Assembly (NCBI RefSeq): GCF_030055435.1
Contig: NZ_JASFYG010000001.1
Span: forward strand, 50,154-82,153
From: Methanothermobacter sp.
Lineage (GTDB): Archaea > Methanobacteriota > Methanobacteria > Methanobacteriales > Methanothermobacteraceae
DNA: 32,000 nt
Direction of reading: 5' to 3'
The notes beneath the pieces are model-generated. The model made no database searches and had not been told where the DNA came from. It was given only the letters and a program-made list of their open reading frames with translations. The translations under genes were made by a program, and so were the position numbers. Positions 1-10,128 of this stretch are shown in pieces (the stretch's first letter is position 1; the number at the start of each line of letters is the position of its first letter).

Positions 1-182
1 GCTACCCCTACGGGCTGGTGGACGTGGACATGAGGGCCCGTGTCTCAGGGGATGAAGTTGAAATCTACAGGAGAAGAGTCCTATCACAGATCAGGGATGG
101 TGAAGTCCTTAAGGGCATAAAATATGAGACAGAAAGTCTCGATTACCACGATACACTTAACAGGTATGCAGGTGAATATTAA
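1..182 (+). CDS. nurA: NurA-like 5'-3' nuclease, C-terminal fragment (gene begins upstream of window)
   Basis: Frame 3 is open from the window edge to TAA at 180-182. Translation: [59 protein letters not shown]. The YPYxL...D..A stretch and the position directly upstream of herA-mre11-rad50 fit archaeal NurA. The assignment is from memory and only 59 codons are visible. The stop overlaps the herA ATG (TAATG). Confidence 0.6.
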   Translation, partial: YPYGLVDVDMRARVSGDEVEIYRRRVLSQIRDGEVLKGIKYETESLDYHDTLNRYAGEY

Positions 183-1705
183 TGGAAATCGCAGGACAGA
201 TAATAGGTGGCGAAACAGCCGCGGTACTAATAAGGCAGAAATCAGATGAACCAGTGGAGCTCGGCGACCTCCTTGTCGCTGAGGGGGATGGCTACACGAT
301 ACTCCAGGTCAAGGACCTCAAATACAGGTCCCAGATACCCCAGGGGATGAGGGAACTTGCATCAGGCTTCAACCTTGAAGGCTACAGGGGGGACGTGGAG
401 TTCCTTGAACCGGAACTGCGGAACTATATCATCGCAGAGGCCCGCCCTATACTCCATGTGAGGAATGGTGAGCCAATGCTACCCAAACGCCTCCCCGGAT
501 TCTTCAGGGAGGTCCGGAGGATAAGGGATGGGGACCTGGCATTCCTCGAAAAGCCCCGCAACCCGGTATTCCTTGGAAATGTGAGGAGCGGCTCAAAGGT
601 CCTTGAGACACCGGTCTACATCGACGCCCTGGACGCCATAACCCACCACATCCTCATACCTGCAACCACTGGTAGAGGTAAGAGTAACCTGGTGAAGGTC
701 ATGCTCTGGAGCCTGGCAGATATGGACCGTGTGGGCATGCTGGTGCTGGACCCCCACGACGAGTACTATGGCAGGAACGAGGCGGGGCTTGGAAAGCACC
801 CATCAGGTAACGTGGTCTACTACTCCCCTGACGCGCCGGTCGGCGGGAATACCCTCTCAATAAACCTGAGGGCCCTGAGACCCGAGCACTTTGAGGGTAT
901 AATACCATTCACACAGGCCCAGGAGCAGGCAATTGCAAAGTACCACAACTGCTACAAAGAGAGATGGATCATCAAAATTGTTGAAGGGGAGAAGCTTTCC
1001 GATGTCAAATCTGTGACACTCAGTGTACTGAGAAGGGTCTTCGATGTGATACTCGGCGTCTACCTGGATGAGGACACAGGCGAGATAAAGTCCCGTGGAG
1101 GAGTATTCCGGGATGTGGGTGGTGAGTCAACCATAAAGGACATAGCAGGACACCTCGAGGATGGAAAGATAGTCGTGGTGGACACATCAAGGCTCATGGG
1201 CGAGGCGGAACTCCTCGTTGGGAGCGTGATATCCGGTGAGATCTTCAGGAGGTACCAGAAGTACAAGTCCACCGGGGAGCTCAGGAGAAAACCCGTCATA
1301 GGGATAGTGATAGAGGAGGCCCCCCGTGTCCTTGGAAAGGAGGTCATTGAGAGGCAGGGAAACAACATCTACAGTACCATCGCAAGGGAGGGCCGTAAAT
1401 TCAACATAGGCCTGGTCGCCATAACCCAGCTCGTAAGCCTCATCCCCAGGACGGTCCTTGCAAACATGAACACCAAGATAATCCTGGGGAATGAGATGGC
1501 CCAGGAGAGGGCTGAGATAATAGGAAGCGCCTCCCAGGACCTCTCAGATGACAACAGGGCAATAGCAAGCCTGGATAAGGGTGAGGCCATAGTGAGCAGC
1601 ATATTCACAAAGTTCGCGGTGCCCGTGAAGATACCACTCTTTGAGGAGTTCATTGAATCCACGGATCATGAGGATGAAGATGAGGACATTGAATTCATAG
1701 GATGA
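182..1705 (+). CDS. herA: HerA-type hexameric DNA helicase/translocase ATPase
   Basis: 507-aa ORF. Walker A is [10 protein letters not shown], the Walker B-like segment is [10 protein letters not shown], followed by ITQLVSLIP. It lies between nurA and mre11. AGGTGA sits 6 nt upstream of the ATG. Confidence 0.9.
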   Translation: MEIAGQIIGGETAAVLIRQKSDEPVELGDLLVAEGDGYTILQVKDLKYRSQIPQGMRELASGFNLEGYRGDVEFLEPELRNYIIAEARPILHVRNGEPMLPKRLPGFFREVRRIRDGDLAFLEKPRNPVFLGNVRSGSKVLETPVYIDALDAITHHILIPATTGRGKSNLVKVMLWSLADMDRVGMLVLDPHDEYYGRNEAGLGKHPSGNVVYYSPDAPVGGNTLSINLRALRPEHFEGIIPFTQAQEQAIAKYHNCYKERWIIKIVEGEKLSDVKSVTLSVLRRVFDVILGVYLDEDTGEIKSRGGVFRDVGGESTIKDIAGHLEDGKIVVVDTSRLMGEAELLVGSVISGEIFRRYQKYKSTGELRRKPVIGIVIEEAPRVLGKEVIERQGNNIYSTIAREGRKFNIGLVAITQLVSLIPRTVLANMNTKIILGNEMAQERAEIIGSASQDLSDDNRAIASLDKGEAIVSSIFTKFAVPVKIPLFEEFIESTDHEDEDEDIEFIG

Positions 1706-1715
1706 GGTGAAACTG

Positions 1716-2972
1716 ATGTACAGATTCGCGCACCTGTCAGACTGCCACCTGGGGGCCCAGAAACAGCCTGAACTCCGGGAACTGGAATTCCAGGCCTTCA
1801 GGATGGCACTGGATGATGCACTGGAGAATAATGTCGACTTCATGATAATAGCGGGGGACCTCTTCCACTCCAACATCCCAAACATGGAGACCGTCAAGAG
1901 GGCCACACTGGAACTCAGGAGGGTCAGGGATGAGGGGGTCCCAATCTACGTCAACTATGGCAGCCACGACTACAGCCCATCAAACACCTCCATGATAGAC
2001 ATCCTGGAAACCGCGGGGGTCATAGAAAAGGTTGTGCGCCCCATCCCAGGAAAGAAGCTGGGACTGGAGTTCACGGTGGATGAGAAGACCGGGGCAAAGA
2101 TCACGGGCCTATCAGGGAGGTCAAGGGCACTGGAGGTTGACTACTTCAGGAACCTTGACAGGGAGGCCCTTGAGGCCGAGGACGGCTTCAGGATATTCCT
2201 CTTCCACAGCGCCATAACCCAGTTCAAGCCCGTTGATTTTGCAGAGATGGACTCCATCGACCTCAACCTCTTCCCCCGTGGCCTGGAGTACTATGCAGGG
2301 GGCCACCTCCACAGGAGGGGCTGCTACCTGGAGGAGGGCTACGGCCCCATAGTATACCCTGGGGCACTCTTCGGTTCATACGCAGGGGACCTTGAGGAGA
2401 ACGCCAGGGGAGAGGAGAGGGGGTACTACCTTGTTGAATTCAGGGAAAAGGCAAAAACTCCCCAGTTCAGGGTTATAAGGCCCGCTGAATTTGAATACAT
2501 AGAATGTGATGTGACAGGTAAGAACTCCCAGGACGCATCCCTCCTTATACGTAAAGAAATGGGGGAACACGATGTCAAGGGAAAGGTTGTGATGTTCAAG
2601 ATCAGGGGTGAGCTCAGCTCAGGGAGAACCTCGGACATAGATTCAGCATGGATAAGGAGGGAACTTGAATCCAGGGGGGCCCGTGTTGTCCAGATCAACA
2701 GGCACGGCCTCAGCACCCGTGAGATACAGAAGGTGAGGGTCGCTGAGAGCGAGATCCCTGCACTTGAGAGGAGGATCTTCAGGGAGAAACTCGCCGGAGT
2801 TGACATCAGAAACAAAAGTCTCATGAAGAGGGGCGACTCACTGGCGGTTGAACTCCTCAGGAAACTTGAAAATGAGATTGCCCCCGGTGAGAAGAAGGAA
2901 GAATATGAGAGGAGGGTCATTGAGGAAGCAGAGGCCGTCATGGGGGTGAATCTGGATGATGATAACCGATAA
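1716..2972 (+). CDS. mre11: Mre11 DNA double-strand-break repair nuclease
   Basis: Phosphoesterase motifs occur in Mre11 order: [35 protein letters not shown]. The ORF track starts at GTG 1707, but that codon lies inside the SD GAGGTGA (1704-1710). ATG 1716 follows the SD by 5 nt, so I prefer it. Confidence 0.9.
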   Translation: MYRFAHLSDCHLGAQKQPELRELEFQAFRMALDDALENNVDFMIIAGDLFHSNIPNMETVKRATLELRRVRDEGVPIYVNYGSHDYSPSNTSMIDILETAGVIEKVVRPIPGKKLGLEFTVDEKTGAKITGLSGRSRALEVDYFRNLDREALEAEDGFRIFLFHSAITQFKPVDFAEMDSIDLNLFPRGLEYYAGGHLHRRGCYLEEGYGPIVYPGALFGSYAGDLEENARGEERGYYLVEFREKAKTPQFRVIRPAEFEYIECDVTGKNSQDASLLIRKEMGEHDVKGKVVMFKIRGELSSGRTSDIDSAWIRRELESRGARVVQINRHGLSTREIQKVRVAESEIPALERRIFREKLAGVDIRNKSLMKRGDSLAVELLRKLENEIAPGEKKEEYERRVIEEAEAVMGVNLDDDNR

Positions 2973-3042
2973 CCCCCGGAGAGATGATGGTGTTGACCTG
3001 CTCGGGTGAATCCAGATAACTGATAGCAGGTGGTGATATTCT

Positions 3043-5556
3043 TTGATTATCAATTCACTTGAACTCAGGAACATAAGGAGCTATGAATCAGGAACTGTTG
3101 AGTTTGATGATGGGGTGACCCTCTTTGAGGGGGATATAGGTTCAGGTAAGACGACGCTTCTACTTGCAATAGAATTCGCGCTCTTCGGGCTGGGTGACCA
3201 GAGGGGTGACAGCCTTCTGAGGGCCACAGCAAATTCAGGTTCAGTCAAACTCACCTTCACTGTTGACGGTACAGAGTACACCATCTACCGGGAACTTAAA
3301 AGGGCCGCCTCAGGGGTGCAGCAGGGGGAACTCTACATCAGAACACCCACAGGGAGAAGGAAACTCTCTGCAAAGGAACTGAAGGCCGAGGTACTTAACA
3401 TCCTGGGTTACAGGGAACCCCTGAATCCAAGGGCCAGGAGCAGAATATACCGTTACGCGGTCTTCACCCCACAGGAGCAGATGAAGAACATAATAGAGAC
3501 CGGAAAAACTGACCGGCTTGAAAGGCTCAGAAAGGCCTTCGACCTTGAGAAGTACAGCAGAGCAGCTGATAATGCCAAACTGCTTTCAAAGAAAATAAAG
3601 AGATACGCAGAAAGCCTTGAGGATAGATCCTACGACCTTGAAGATAAGAAAAAGGAGCTCCAGAATATTATCACTGAGAAGGGGGAACTGAAATCTGAGA
3701 GGAAGCAGCTTGAAGATGAACTCAGAGAAATCGAGGCTGAGATCAGCAAACTCAAACTGAAACTTGAAGAACTCGAAAAGGAGGAAAAAAGGATTCAGAA
3801 TGCGGATGAGAAGATAAAATCCCTTCAGAATGAAATTAAAAACCTGAGTTCATTCTCAGATAGTCTCAAGAGGAAAAACAGGGACATAGAGGAAGAATAT
3901 AAGAAATCCATGGATGAACTTCAGAAATGCCAGGATGTGAAAGATAAGCTTCAGAAGAAACTTGATTCACTCAGAAACGATATTGAAAAGATGAAGGATC
4001 AGAAAAAATCCATCAAAGAGGACTATGAAAAGTTCAAAGATGCTTCTAGTAAGCTTGAAGGCCTTATGAATCAATTTAAGACCCTTTCAGGTGTCAGGGA
4101 CAATCTGGAACTTGAAATCACCGCAATTAAGGGTGAGATTGACGACCTCAAATCAGAGATAAGAAAACTGGAGTCCCTTGAGGATCCAGGGTACACTGAG
4201 GATGAATTGAAAACTGAGATAGATAAACTTGAGGGCGAGGTATCGAATCTCCAGCATAAGATGGGCGCCATTTCCGGAAAGATAGAGGACTACATGTCCA
4301 TAAAAGATGTTAGTGTCTGTCCCACATGTGACCAGGATGTGGACCCTGCGTACATAGACGATAAACTCAGAGATGCCCGAAAGAGGGAAAGGTCATTTAA
4401 ATCCAGGATAAATGAGCTTAAAGTGAACATTAAAAATAAAAAAGAACTCCTGAAACGTGTAATAGAATACATGAGGTCCAGGGAAGAACTCAGTAGACTC
4501 CGGAAGGACCTTAAGAAGAAAACAGCCGAATATGAGAAAAAGCAGAAGGACTTTGAGAATAAGAAGGAAGAAATCAGGGGCATTGAATCAGATATAAACA
4601 AAAATGAAGAGATAATCAGTGAACTGAAGGATGCGGAATCCCGTTTTAGAGAAATTGAGGAGGAGCTGGAAACCCTCCGTGAAAGGGAGAAGAACTGTTC
4701 AAGCAGACTCTCAGCATCAGATTCGAAGATAGATGACCTTGAAAAAAGAATTCATGAACTCAACCCTGAAACCAGCAGGGAATACAGAGAGAACCTCCAG
4801 AAGATTAATGAAAATGCTACGATCATCGCTGAAAAGAAAGAGGAAATAAAGAAAAACCAGGAGGCACTTAAAAACAGGGATAAGGTGGAGGCCAGTATAC
4901 AGGATGTAAGTAGAAAACTCCATGAACTTGAAACCTCTGAGAATGAGAAAAGAAAGATTCTGGGATCAGTTGGGGGGAAAATCGAGGAAAAGGAGAGACA
5001 GATCCGGAAACTTGAGGATGAAATTGATGAAAAGAAGAGACTCAGAAAACGTGCCAGTGAACTCAAGGACCATGTGACCTGGCTTGAATCCTACTTCATC
5101 CCTGCACTCGCTGACATTGAAACCCATGTGATGGCACAGATAAACCATGAGTTCAATGAGAGGTTCCAGAAATGGTTCAGGGTCCTGGTGGATGACCCCG
5201 ATAAATCGGTGCGGATTGACGAGGACTTCACACCCATCGTGGAGCAGGACGGCTACGAACAGAACCTTGAGTACCTTAGTGGTGGTGAGAGGACCAGCAT
5301 AGCACTTGCCTACAGACTCGCCCTCAACATGGTGGTCCAGAGTCTGAGCGATGTGCGGTCTGATATACTTATACTGGACGAGCCAACCGATGGCTTCAGC
5401 AAGGAGCAGCTCTACAAGCTCAGGGATATCTTCGATGAACTTGAGGCCAGACAGATAATCCTGGTATCCCATGAGGAGGAACTTGAAAACCTTGCAGACC
5501 ACATATACCGGGTTGAAAAGTTCGATGGGGTATCAACCATCCGGAAGGCGGGATAA
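3043..5556 (+). CDS. rad50: Rad50 ATPase (SMC-like, zinc-hook coiled coil)
   Basis: 837 aa with a TTG start 5 nt after GGTGGTGA. Walker A is [11 protein letters not shown] and the Q-loop is FTPQEQ. A long K/E-rich coiled coil carries a central CPTC zinc hook (nt 4318-4329). The ABC signature is LSGGERTS, Walker B is ILILDEPT and the H-loop is VSHEE. Confidence 0.95.
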   Translation: MIINSLELRNIRSYESGTVEFDDGVTLFEGDIGSGKTTLLLAIEFALFGLGDQRGDSLLRATANSGSVKLTFTVDGTEYTIYRELKRAASGVQQGELYIRTPTGRRKLSAKELKAEVLNILGYREPLNPRARSRIYRYAVFTPQEQMKNIIETGKTDRLERLRKAFDLEKYSRAADNAKLLSKKIKRYAESLEDRSYDLEDKKKELQNIITEKGELKSERKQLEDELREIEAEISKLKLKLEELEKEEKRIQNADEKIKSLQNEIKNLSSFSDSLKRKNRDIEEEYKKSMDELQKCQDVKDKLQKKLDSLRNDIEKMKDQKKSIKEDYEKFKDASSKLEGLMNQFKTLSGVRDNLELEITAIKGEIDDLKSEIRKLESLEDPGYTEDELKTEIDKLEGEVSNLQHKMGAISGKIEDYMSIKDVSVCPTCDQDVDPAYIDDKLRDARKRERSFKSRINELKVNIKNKKELLKRVIEYMRSREELSRLRKDLKKKTAEYEKKQKDFENKKEEIRGIESDINKNEEIISELKDAESRFREIEEELETLREREKNCSSRLSASDSKIDDLEKRIHELNPETSREYRENLQKINENATIIAEKKEEIKKNQEALKNRDKVEASIQDVSRKLHELETSENEKRKILGSVGGKIEEKERQIRKLEDEIDEKKRLRKRASELKDHVTWLESYFIPALADIETHVMAQINHEFNERFQKWFRVLVDDPDKSVRIDEDFTPIVEQDGYEQNLEYLSGGERTSIALAYRLALNMVVQSLSDVRSDILILDEPTDGFSKEQLYKLRDIFDELEARQIILVSHEEELENLADHIYRVEKFDGVSTIRKAG

Positions 5557-5928
5557 AGTTTTAAAAGGCCATATATAATTTTATTTCCATTTTTGACACT
5601 TTATAGGGTCCTTTAGCTCCATATAAGCTTTTAAAATCATTTTAAATTCAAATTTTCATTTTAATGTTGCTTTTAATTTATTGAGCATTCTAGTTCTTCT
5701 TTTAACAGAAATAAGCTCTGTAAGTCGCTTTTTATACAGGATTTACCTTCTGGATCTCCATTCTATCGGGGAGCCCCTCTGCCCCTAAACTCCAAATGGG
5801 ATTCCCTGATGGCCCCTATCTTCAAATAAAGTGGGATGGATTCTCAGAGAATATCTGAATATTAGAAAAGGATTCTAGTGGCTTTTTTTGATTAAATGAG
5901 CTCTCAGAGCTTTTATTTCATGGAAACA

Positions 5929-5936
5929 TTTATATA
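5929..5936 (+). promoter_or_regulatory. Candidate TATA box for the 6.0-kb gene
   Basis: TTTATATA on the + strand lies about 75-100 nt upstream of the candidate starts at 6010/6034. It is preceded by the palindrome AGCTCTCAGAGCT (5899-5911). Sequence pattern only. Confidence 0.3.
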
Positions 5937-6033
5937 CTATGATGATGTAACCATTGACCCAGTGTCCTAAGCGACCTGAAGGGTTAGTATTGGACATGGA
6001 GGCGATAGAATTACGCGATTCAAAGCAGTCACA

Positions 6034-6543
6034 GTGCTCTTTGCACTGATGTTCACTGTGGGTTCAGTGCCCATCAGTGAGGCAACAAATACTGAAACAG
6101 AAAACGCAAAGATAGTAACAAAAACTGAAACCATAAAGGCGGAACCTGTGAAGGTTGACGCCGCATACAAGTACAAGAAATATAAGAAGACCTACAGGAA
6201 GAATGTCAGGGCCACATACCGTACCAGTGTGAAGAAAAGGTACTACAATAATAAGTACTACAAGAAGAAAAGGGTACGGGCGGCCTACAGCACCAGCACG
6301 TACCGCTATGATCCTAACATAGGGGACTGCTGGGCTATGAGTGAATACTTATATAGAAAACTCACATCAGCCGGGAAGAAGGTGCGTATAATACAGTACG
6401 CCACGAGCATGTCACCACGACACCGCACAGTACAGGTGTACAGCGGCGGTAGATGGGTGGACTATGACTACAGTGGCTACAACAGGATATACCACCCCAC
6501 ATCAAGCAAACCCGGCATGTTTGTGGTTAAATCATCGGCCTAA
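6034..6543 (+). CDS. Small exported protein with transglutaminase-like Cys-His-Asp core and Lys/Tyr/Arg-rich spacer
   Basis: The hydrophobic N-terminus LFALMFTVGSVPISEA is signal-peptide-like. The C-terminal segment GDCWAMSEYLYRKLTSAGKKVRIIQY...RHRTVQVYSGGRWVDYD matches the transglutaminase-like core pattern (G-x-C, then H-x-x-V-x-V-Y, then W-x-x-x-D), with Cys at nt 6328-6330. The start is uncertain: GTG 6034 per the track, or an in-frame ATT at 6010 behind GGAGG (see findings). Confidence 0.75.
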   Translation: MLFALMFTVGSVPISEATNTETENAKIVTKTETIKAEPVKVDAAYKYKKYKKTYRKNVRATYRTSVKKRYYNNKYYKKKRVRAAYSTSTYRYDPNIGDCWAMSEYLYRKLTSAGKKVRIIQYATSMSPRHRTVQVYSGGRWVDYDYSGYNRIYHPTSSKPGMFVVKSSA

Positions 6544-6551
6544 GAGGCCAA

Positions 6552-6569
6552 CCCCTTTATTTTTCTTTC
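6552..6569 (+). terminator. Oligo-T terminator candidate
   Basis: CCCCTTTATTTTTCTTTC lies 9 nt after the stop of the 6034-6543 gene, in a convergent intergenic gap. Archaeal termination typically uses T-runs. Confidence 0.4.
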
Positions 6570-6651
6570 AGGTTTAATTCTTATTTTCTGGATTCACCGT
6601 ATCATGATTTCATTTAACTCCGATTTTAATCCCTATTAACTGCATCAATTT

Positions 6652-6990
6652 TCATTGATTGTCCTCTGGATTAACTGCATCCTCAATGGCTTCCCCTATG
6701 CAGTGGGGATTCCATCCAACAATCTCGGAACTCACTTCTTCAAGTTCCAGAGGCACGTTCTCAAGGCCATAGGGCCTCACGGTTATTATGGGCTTGGAGA
6801 GTTTCACAGCCCTTTTAACATCATCCATTATTTTTTCCTTCATGGTTCCCCAGAGGCCGGCAAGGATTATCACAGCATCTGCATCCTCAAGGTCAGTCTC
6901 TCTCCAGCTGAGACCTGAAAGGCCGAGTTTCTCCATGAAGACATGGTGGTCCTCAATGTCACCCTCTGTTATGTAAAGCCTGACTTCCAT
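6652..6990 (-). CDS. MTH538-type TIR-like domain protein (DUF1863/ThsB-like family)
   Basis: 112 aa. The pattern LYITEGD...[14 protein letters not shown]...[18 protein letters not shown]...IVGWNPHC matches what I remember of MTH538 (PDB 1EIW) and the DUF1863 flavodoxin/TIR-like layout. Its position next to the 2-oxoacid oxidoreductase and msrA matches the remembered synteny. Confidence 0.6.
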   Translation of the reverse strand: MEVRLYITEGDIEDHHVFMEKLGLSGLSWRETDLEDADAVIILAGLWGTMKEKIMDDVKRAVKLSKPIITVRPYGLENVPLELEEVSSEIVGWNPHCIGEAIEDAVNPEDNQ

Positions 6991-7040
6991 ACCAGATTCT
7001 CCAGTACAATGATTAAAATTATGGTCAATTAAAGTGCATG

Positions 7041-7907
7041 TTAAAGCATCATCTTTGATTCAAGGAGGGTCTTCAGCTTACCAGGATCATGCCTTCTCTT
7101 CCACAGTGGAGTTTTATCATCACTGTATATACTGAGGTTCTCCTCGAATGTGGCTCCACCATCAGCACGGTAGATCACACCCAGCGGAAACTTCCCTGAA
7201 CCGTAACCCTCAAGGGACTTCTCAAAGGCAAGCGTCCTGTCTGAGGTGTCATGGTCAGTGTAGTAGGTGTTCTCACGGAACCACTGGAACGTGTTGACAC
7301 GGTTGAAGGTCACACAGGGCTGGAAGATGTCCACGAGAGCATAACCATGGTGTCTGATGGCCTCAACGAGAATGTCCCGGGTCCTCTCAATATCACCTGC
7401 AAAGGCCCGGGCAACGAAGGTGGCCCCCAGGGAGATTGCCACTGCAAGGGGATTGAAGGGCTCCTCAAAGACACCGTGAACCTGCACAGGTGTCCTGAAG
7501 CCCGGCTGACTGGTGGGGGATGCCTGCCCCTTTGTGAGACCATAGACCATATTGTTATGGACGATGTTTGTTATATCAGGGTTCCTCCTTATGTTGTGGA
7601 TGAAGTGGTTGCCGCCCTCACCGTACATGCAGCCATCACCGCTAACATCGATAACTGTGAGTTCAGGGTTCACAGCCTTTATTGCCACAGCAGCCGGGAG
7701 GGACCTCCCATGGAGACCGTTGAAGTAGTTACACTTGAGGTACTGGGGGAGCTTACCTGCCTGGCCTATACCTGAGACAAGCACCAGCCTCTCAGGTGGT
7801 ATATCAAGCTCTGCAAGGGCCATCTTGAGGGCCCGGAGAATCGAAAAGTTACCGCAACCAGGACACCATGCCACATCCACATCAAGGTCATAGTCCTCTG
7901 GTTTCAT
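7041..7907 (-). CDS. 2-oxoacid:ferredoxin oxidoreductase, beta (TPP-binding) subunit
   Basis: The N-terminal [11 protein letters not shown] motif and the TPP motif [41 protein letters not shown] are present. The ATG overlaps the upstream stop (ATGA at 7904-7907). Confidence 0.9.
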   Translation of the reverse strand: MKPEDYDLDVDVAWCPGCGNFSILRALKMALAELDIPPERLVLVSGIGQAGKLPQYLKCNYFNGLHGRSLPAAVAIKAVNPELTVIDVSGDGCMYGEGGNHFIHNIRRNPDITNIVHNNMVYGLTKGQASPTSQPGFRTPVQVHGVFEEPFNPLAVAISLGATFVARAFAGDIERTRDILVEAIRHHGYALVDIFQPCVTFNRVNTFQWFRENTYYTDHDTSDRTLAFEKSLEGYGSGKFPLGVIYRADGGATFEENLSIYSDDKTPLWKRRHDPGKLKTLLESKMML

Positions 7908-9577
7908 GCAAAAACCTCCCCTATGAATTTTCTTATCTCCTCAACACTGAAGGGCATACCATTGTACCTATTGAGTCGATGGTCAACCTCAAAGCCGGCC
8001 TCAAGTTTAAGGAGATCAGCAAACTGTCCCCGGTAGTTGTTCTCAACGACAGCTGTCACATCAAATGACTCTAGAAGCTCACGGGTATCAGGTGCCAGGG
8101 GGTAGACCTGACTGAAATGCACCATGGTGACCTCGGCATCAGATGACTCAATGGCCTCCCTCACAGGCCAGTAGGTGGAACCCCAGCATATCACTGCACT
8201 GGAGTCGTCACCCCAGACCTCAGGTGGGAGTGCATCATCCCTGAGCATTTGAAGGCGCAGATTCCTCTTCTCAACCATCCTCCTTCTTACATCGAGGTCC
8301 TCTGTTATGAAGCCGTCCTCATCATGTTCATCTGAATCGACACGTACAAGTCCAGAGCCGTAGCCTGGAATCCCCCGGGGGGAGATACCGTCCTCGGTGA
8401 ATCTGAACCTCCTGTAACTGGCATCCGTCTCTATGATATGATACTCTGGCTCCACGCTGATTTCGGGTTCAGGGAGGTTGTAGTAGAGGTCTGCCAGGTA
8501 CTGGTCTGAGAGTATGAAGACGGGTATCTGGTACCTGTCTGCAAGGTTGAATGCATGGGCCGCTATTTCAGGTGCATCCTCCAGTTTTCCAGGGGCGAAT
8601 ATGGCCCTTGCAAACTCCCCTGGTCCAGAGTAGAGGGCCAGGTTCAGGTCCTCCTGGGCCGTCCTCGTGGGGAGACCAACCGCCGGCCCCGGCCTTTGAC
8701 CGATATATATCACCACAGGGGTCTCTATCATCCCTGCAAGGCCCACAGCCTCCTCCATGAGGGCAAAACCACTCCCTGAGGTTGCAACAAGTGACCTGGC
8801 ACCTGCATATGACGCCCCAAGGCACATGTTTATGGCTGCAATCTCATCTTCGGCCTGCTCAAATACCATGTCAAATTCATCGGCATTCTCTGCAATGAAT
8901 ATCTGGAGGGGACTTGAGGGGGTCATGGGGTAGGATGACATGAACCTGCACCCCCCTGCTATACACCCGAGGCCCACGGCCTCAGTACCGTTAAGAATTA
9001 CGTGTTTCCTGACAGAGGGGTCCGGTTCAACAGAAACTTTCAGGTGCTCTTTTAGTTCCTCACCAAGTTCATACCCCTTTCTGCCAGCCCTCAGGTCTGC
9101 ATCGAGGATCTCAGGCCCCTTCCGCTCAAACAGTGCCCTTACAGCATCATCAAAGACACTCTCTTCTACCCTAAAGAGACGGGCTGCGGCGCCTGCAGCC
9201 ACAACATTGGCGAATATCCGTCCACCTAGCTTCTCAGCCTCCTCAAGTATGGGCAGGCCCACGGCATCTTCCTCCCCGAAGCTCTCATCTGCAATAATCA
9301 GTGTCCCGTTGATTCTCTCCCTAAGGTGGTCCACCGCCCCTGGGCTCAGCGCAAAGAGGACATCGATACGGTCCACAAAGGCCCTCACAGGCCCTGATGA
9401 GACCCTTATCAGGGTGGAGTTTTCACCGCCACGCACACGGGACATGTACTCCTTGGAGGAGAATATATGGTAGCCGGTGGCACTGAAGGCCCTTATAAGG
9501 AGTGCCTCAACGGTCTGTATCCCCTGCCCTGCCTCACCGCAGAGGACCAGTGCAACATCATCCTTGACCTCTTTCAT
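7904..9577 (-). CDS. 2-oxoacid:ferredoxin oxidoreductase, alpha subunit (gamma-alpha fusion type)
   Basis: 557 aa. The N-terminal gamma-like domain reads [13 protein letters not shown]. The alpha domain reads [26 protein letters not shown]...[26 protein letters not shown]. No delta (ferredoxin) subunit is adjacent, so this is the two-subunit type. Confidence 0.9.
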   Translation of the reverse strand: MKEVKDDVALVLCGEAGQGIQTVEALLIRAFSATGYHIFSSKEYMSRVRGGENSTLIRVSSGPVRAFVDRIDVLFALSPGAVDHLRERINGTLIIADESFGEEDAVGLPILEEAEKLGGRIFANVVAAGAAARLFRVEESVFDDAVRALFERKGPEILDADLRAGRKGYELGEELKEHLKVSVEPDPSVRKHVILNGTEAVGLGCIAGGCRFMSSYPMTPSSPLQIFIAENADEFDMVFEQAEDEIAAINMCLGASYAGARSLVATSGSGFALMEEAVGLAGMIETPVVIYIGQRPGPAVGLPTRTAQEDLNLALYSGPGEFARAIFAPGKLEDAPEIAAHAFNLADRYQIPVFILSDQYLADLYYNLPEPEISVEPEYHIIETDASYRRFRFTEDGISPRGIPGYGSGLVRVDSDEHDEDGFITEDLDVRRRMVEKRNLRLQMLRDDALPPEVWGDDSSAVICWGSTYWPVREAIESSDAEVTMVHFSQVYPLAPDTRELLESFDVTAVVENNYRGQFADLLKLEAGFEVDHRLNRYNGMPFSVEEIRKFIGEVFA

Positions 9578-9627
9578 TAGACATTCACCCCCTTTCTATT
9601 TTCACATTCTTTTTCAGGGCTGTGCCC

Positions 9628-10119
9628 TCAGATTAGCCTCCTGAGATAGCACCTTCGCTCCCTGTTCTTCTCAAGGTACTGCTGGTGGTAGTCCTCGGCC
9701 TCATAGAAGGTAGTTGCCGGTTCAATGGCCGTCACGATCCTCCCCCTGAACCTCCCGGACTCCTCAAGCTTCCTCCTTGACTCCACTGCCAGCCTCCTCT
9801 GCTCATCGTCATGGTAGAATATCACCGAACGGTACTGCTCACCCACGTCCGGCCCCTGCCTGTTGAGGCTTGTGGGGTCATGGATACTCCAGAAGACATC
9901 GAGGAGGTCACTGTAACTTACAATGTCAGGGTCAAAGGTGACCTCAACAACCTCGGCGTGCCCTGTAAGTCCGGTGCATACATCCTCATAGGTGGGGTTT
10001 TCCATGTGGCCCCCCATGTACCCCACACGGGTGGATACGACACCCCTGACTCTCCTGAAGGCATCCTCAACTCCCCAGAAGCATCCGGCACCGAAGGTGG
10101 CCTTTTTATATCTTCCCAT
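9628..10119 (-). CDS. msrA: Peptide methionine-S-sulfoxide reductase MsrA
   Basis: The catalytic motif [12 protein letters not shown] is present, along with [12 protein letters not shown] and YHQQYL. The track starts at GTG 10128. ATG 10119 lies 5 nt after GTAGGTGA and gives the typical N-terminus [16 protein letters not shown]. Confidence 0.9.
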   Translation of the reverse strand: MGRYKKATFGAGCFWGVEDAFRRVRGVVSTRVGYMGGHMENPTYEDVCTGLTGHAEVVEVTFDPDIVSYSDLLDVFWSIHDPTSLNRQGPDVGEQYRSVIFYHDDEQRRLAVESRRKLEESGRFRGRIVTAIEPATTFYEAEDYHQQYLEKNRERRCYLRRLI

Positions 10120-10128
10120 CCATTTCAC

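Noticed and set aside
1707-1709. ORF-track alternative starts that fall inside SD sequences: GTG 1707, GTG 10734, GTG 22056, GTG 18341, TTG 29454, GTG 10128.
   Set aside because: In each case the codon is part of a GGTG/GAGGTG ribosome-binding motif, and a canonical start follows 4-6 nt later. The downstream start is preferred, though only experimental N-termini can settle it.
3600-5050. A highly repetitive AAG/GAA/AAA-rich stretch that resembles a simple-sequence repeat.
   Set aside because: It is in frame within rad50 and encodes the K/E/L heptad coiled coil with a central CPTC zinc hook. This is compositional bias of a coiled coil, not a DNA repeat element.
4966-5502. Long antisense or shadow ORFs inside well-supported genes: 4966-5502 in rad50, 7251-7775 in the oxidoreductase beta subunit, 8940-9473 in the alpha subunit, 13872-14396 and 14958-15524 in the ligase gene, 2426-2941 in mre11.
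   Set aside because: Each is fully nested opposite a gene with strong family motifs. The translations are low-complexity (Ser/Pro/Arg/Leu-rich) mirror images typical of non-coding frames.
5996-6049. A 17-codon upstream ORF starting at ATG 5996 (MEAIELRDSKQSQCSLH).
   Set aside because: Its ATG overlaps the GGAGG used as the SD for the downstream frame, and it has no SD of its own. It is out of frame with the signal-peptide-encoding frame. It is more likely incidental.
6652-6990. A complete Thoeris defence system around the TIR-like gene.
   Set aside because: No ThsA-like SIR2/SLOG or other effector gene is adjacent. The neighbours are msrA and a 2-oxoacid oxidoreductase. Only the lone TIR-like gene can be supported.
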